A stretch of 43,367 bases of DNA from Candidatus Limnocylindria bacterium (GTDB taxonomy: Bacteria; Chloroflexota; Limnocylindria; Limnocylindrales; CSP1-4), in the NCBI GenBank assembly GCA_041483455.1, contig JBGPFS010000001.1, forward strand, positions 1 to 43,367, in the 5' to 3' direction. A program made the translations under genes and the position numbers. Positions 42,797 to 43,367 of the stretch are shown here, piece by piece. Numbering within the stretch: position 1 is the first letter of the stretch; each line of letters opens with the position of its first letter. The notes under the pieces are model-generated. The model made no database searches. It saw only the letters and a list, made by a program, of their open reading frames with translations, and was not told the DNA's origin.

Positions 42797-43279
42797 CTAG
42801 AAGGGCAGGTCGTCGAAGTTGCCGTCGTCGAGCTTGTCGCCCGCCTTGCCGTCGTCGAGCTTGTCGCCCGTCTCGTCGCCGTCCTTCGTCGGACGGACCG
42901 GTCGGCTGGCCGGCCCGACGGGTCCCGGATCGCCGGCATCGCCCTCGCGCACGCGCCGCTCCAGGTTCGTCACCTGGTTCGCGACGAGCTCGGTCGTGTA
43001 GCGCTTCTGCCCGGACTGGTCCTCCCACTGGCGGGTCTGGAGCCGGCCCTCGATGTAGACCTTGTTGCCCTTGCGGAGGTTCTCGGCGGCGCGCTCGGCC
43101 TGCTGGCCCCAGACGACGATGCGGAACCACTCCGTCTCTTCCTGCCACTCCCCGTCCTGGCCCTTGTAGTTCCGGTTCACGGCCACCGTGAACTGGGTCA
43201 CGGCCTGGCCGTTCGGGGTGTAGCGCATCTCGGGATCGCGACCGAGGTTGCCGATGATCATCGCCTTGTTGAGCGACAT
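42797..43279 (-). CDS. ssb: Single-stranded DNA-binding protein
   Basis: MSLNKAMIIGNLGRDPEMRYTPNGQAVTQFTVAVNR...TEWFRIVVWGQQAE...KGNKVYIEGRLQTRQWEDQSGQKRYTTELVA is the OB fold, followed by an acidic tail ending DDLPF. Confidence 0.96.
   Translation of the reverse strand: MSLNKAMIIGNLGRDPEMRYTPNGQAVTQFTVAVNRNYKGQDGEWQEETEWFRIVVWGQQAERAAENLRKGNKVYIEGRLQTRQWEDQSGQKRYTTELVANQVTNLERRVREGDAGDPGPVGPASRPVRPTKDGDETGDKLDDGKAGDKLDDGNFDDLPF
42821..42870 (-). repeat. 27-bp in-frame tandem duplication in the SSB C-terminal linker
   Basis: gccgtcgtcgagcttgtcgcccg occurs at 42821-42843 and 42848-42870. It encodes GDKLDDGKA/GDKLDDGN. Confidence 0.8.
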
Positions 43280-43297
43280 GGCCAGTGCCTCCAGATG

Positions 43298-43367
43298 CTC
43301 AGTCGATGGCGGCTGGAGCGGCTTCGGTCTCGGACTCGTCGATCCGCTCGCCGGGCCCCTCCTCCTC
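43298..43367 (-). CDS. rpsF: 30S ribosomal protein S6, C-terminal end only (gene runs off the right edge)
   Basis: The frame ends ...EEEGPGERIDESETEAAPAAID-TGA (stop 43300-43298). The acidic tail and the conserved rpsF-ssb-rpsR order support the call, but only 23 codons are visible. Confidence 0.6.

Noticed and set aside
1-43367. Defence islands, toxin-antitoxin pairs, mobile elements, prophage remnants, and tRNA/rRNA/SRP RNA genes.
   Set aside because: Every ORF of meaningful length is accounted for by a housekeeping or membrane-transport/envelope gene. Intergenic gaps are 150 nt or less. I could recognise no integrase, transposase or recombinase motifs and no cloverleaf-like sequences.

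Overview
This is a very GC-rich bacterial chromosomal core region, tightly packed with about 44 protein genes. All but two (rpmB and an LCP-family gene) lie on the minus strand, and many neighbours share 4-8 nt start/stop overlaps (ATGA/GTGA). The content is housekeeping and follows a Gram-positive-like (Bacillus/Actinobacteria-type) order. Reading the minus strand from right to left: rpsF'-ssb-rpsR; a TSUP/DUF1634/CaCA transporter operon; ilvE-GT2 (with a convergent LCP gene); ileS-lspA-rluD-gmk-priA-def-fmt-rlmN-rpe-PAP2-dtd; a divergent rpmB; asp23-DAK2-recG-rsmD-coaD-X-yceD-rpmF-plsX-asp23'-nusB-acpP-rnc-smc-ftsY-ffh-X-rpsP-KH-rimM-trmD-rplS-rnhB'. I saw no rRNA, tRNA, CRISPR array, transposase, integrase, phage or recognisable defence genes, and I cannot support a claim of a new multi-gene system here. 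The unusual signals concern gene expression. (1) ftsY and rimM have conserved N-terminal domains upstream of any ATG/GTG/TTG; each has an SD-preceded CTG at the expected start, and a third gene may start at ATC. (2) An Asp23-family gene upstream of nusB is interrupted by an in-frame TAG inside its conserved domain. (3) The few AT-rich hexamers in the window are nearly all TANNNT -10-like boxes upstream of genes. Four sit 7-8 nt from an ATG/GTG, suggesting leaderless mRNAs, and two are symmetric TATCNTA boxes that could serve divergent gene pairs. Other points worth a look are a roughly 150-aa uncharacterised C-terminal extension on rpe, a large membrane-anchored protein inserted between ffh and rpsP, a processive-type GT2 coupled to ilvE opposite an LCP gene, and an RNase HII lacking the GRG motif. 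The long plus-strand ORFs in the track are antisense artefacts of the high GC content.
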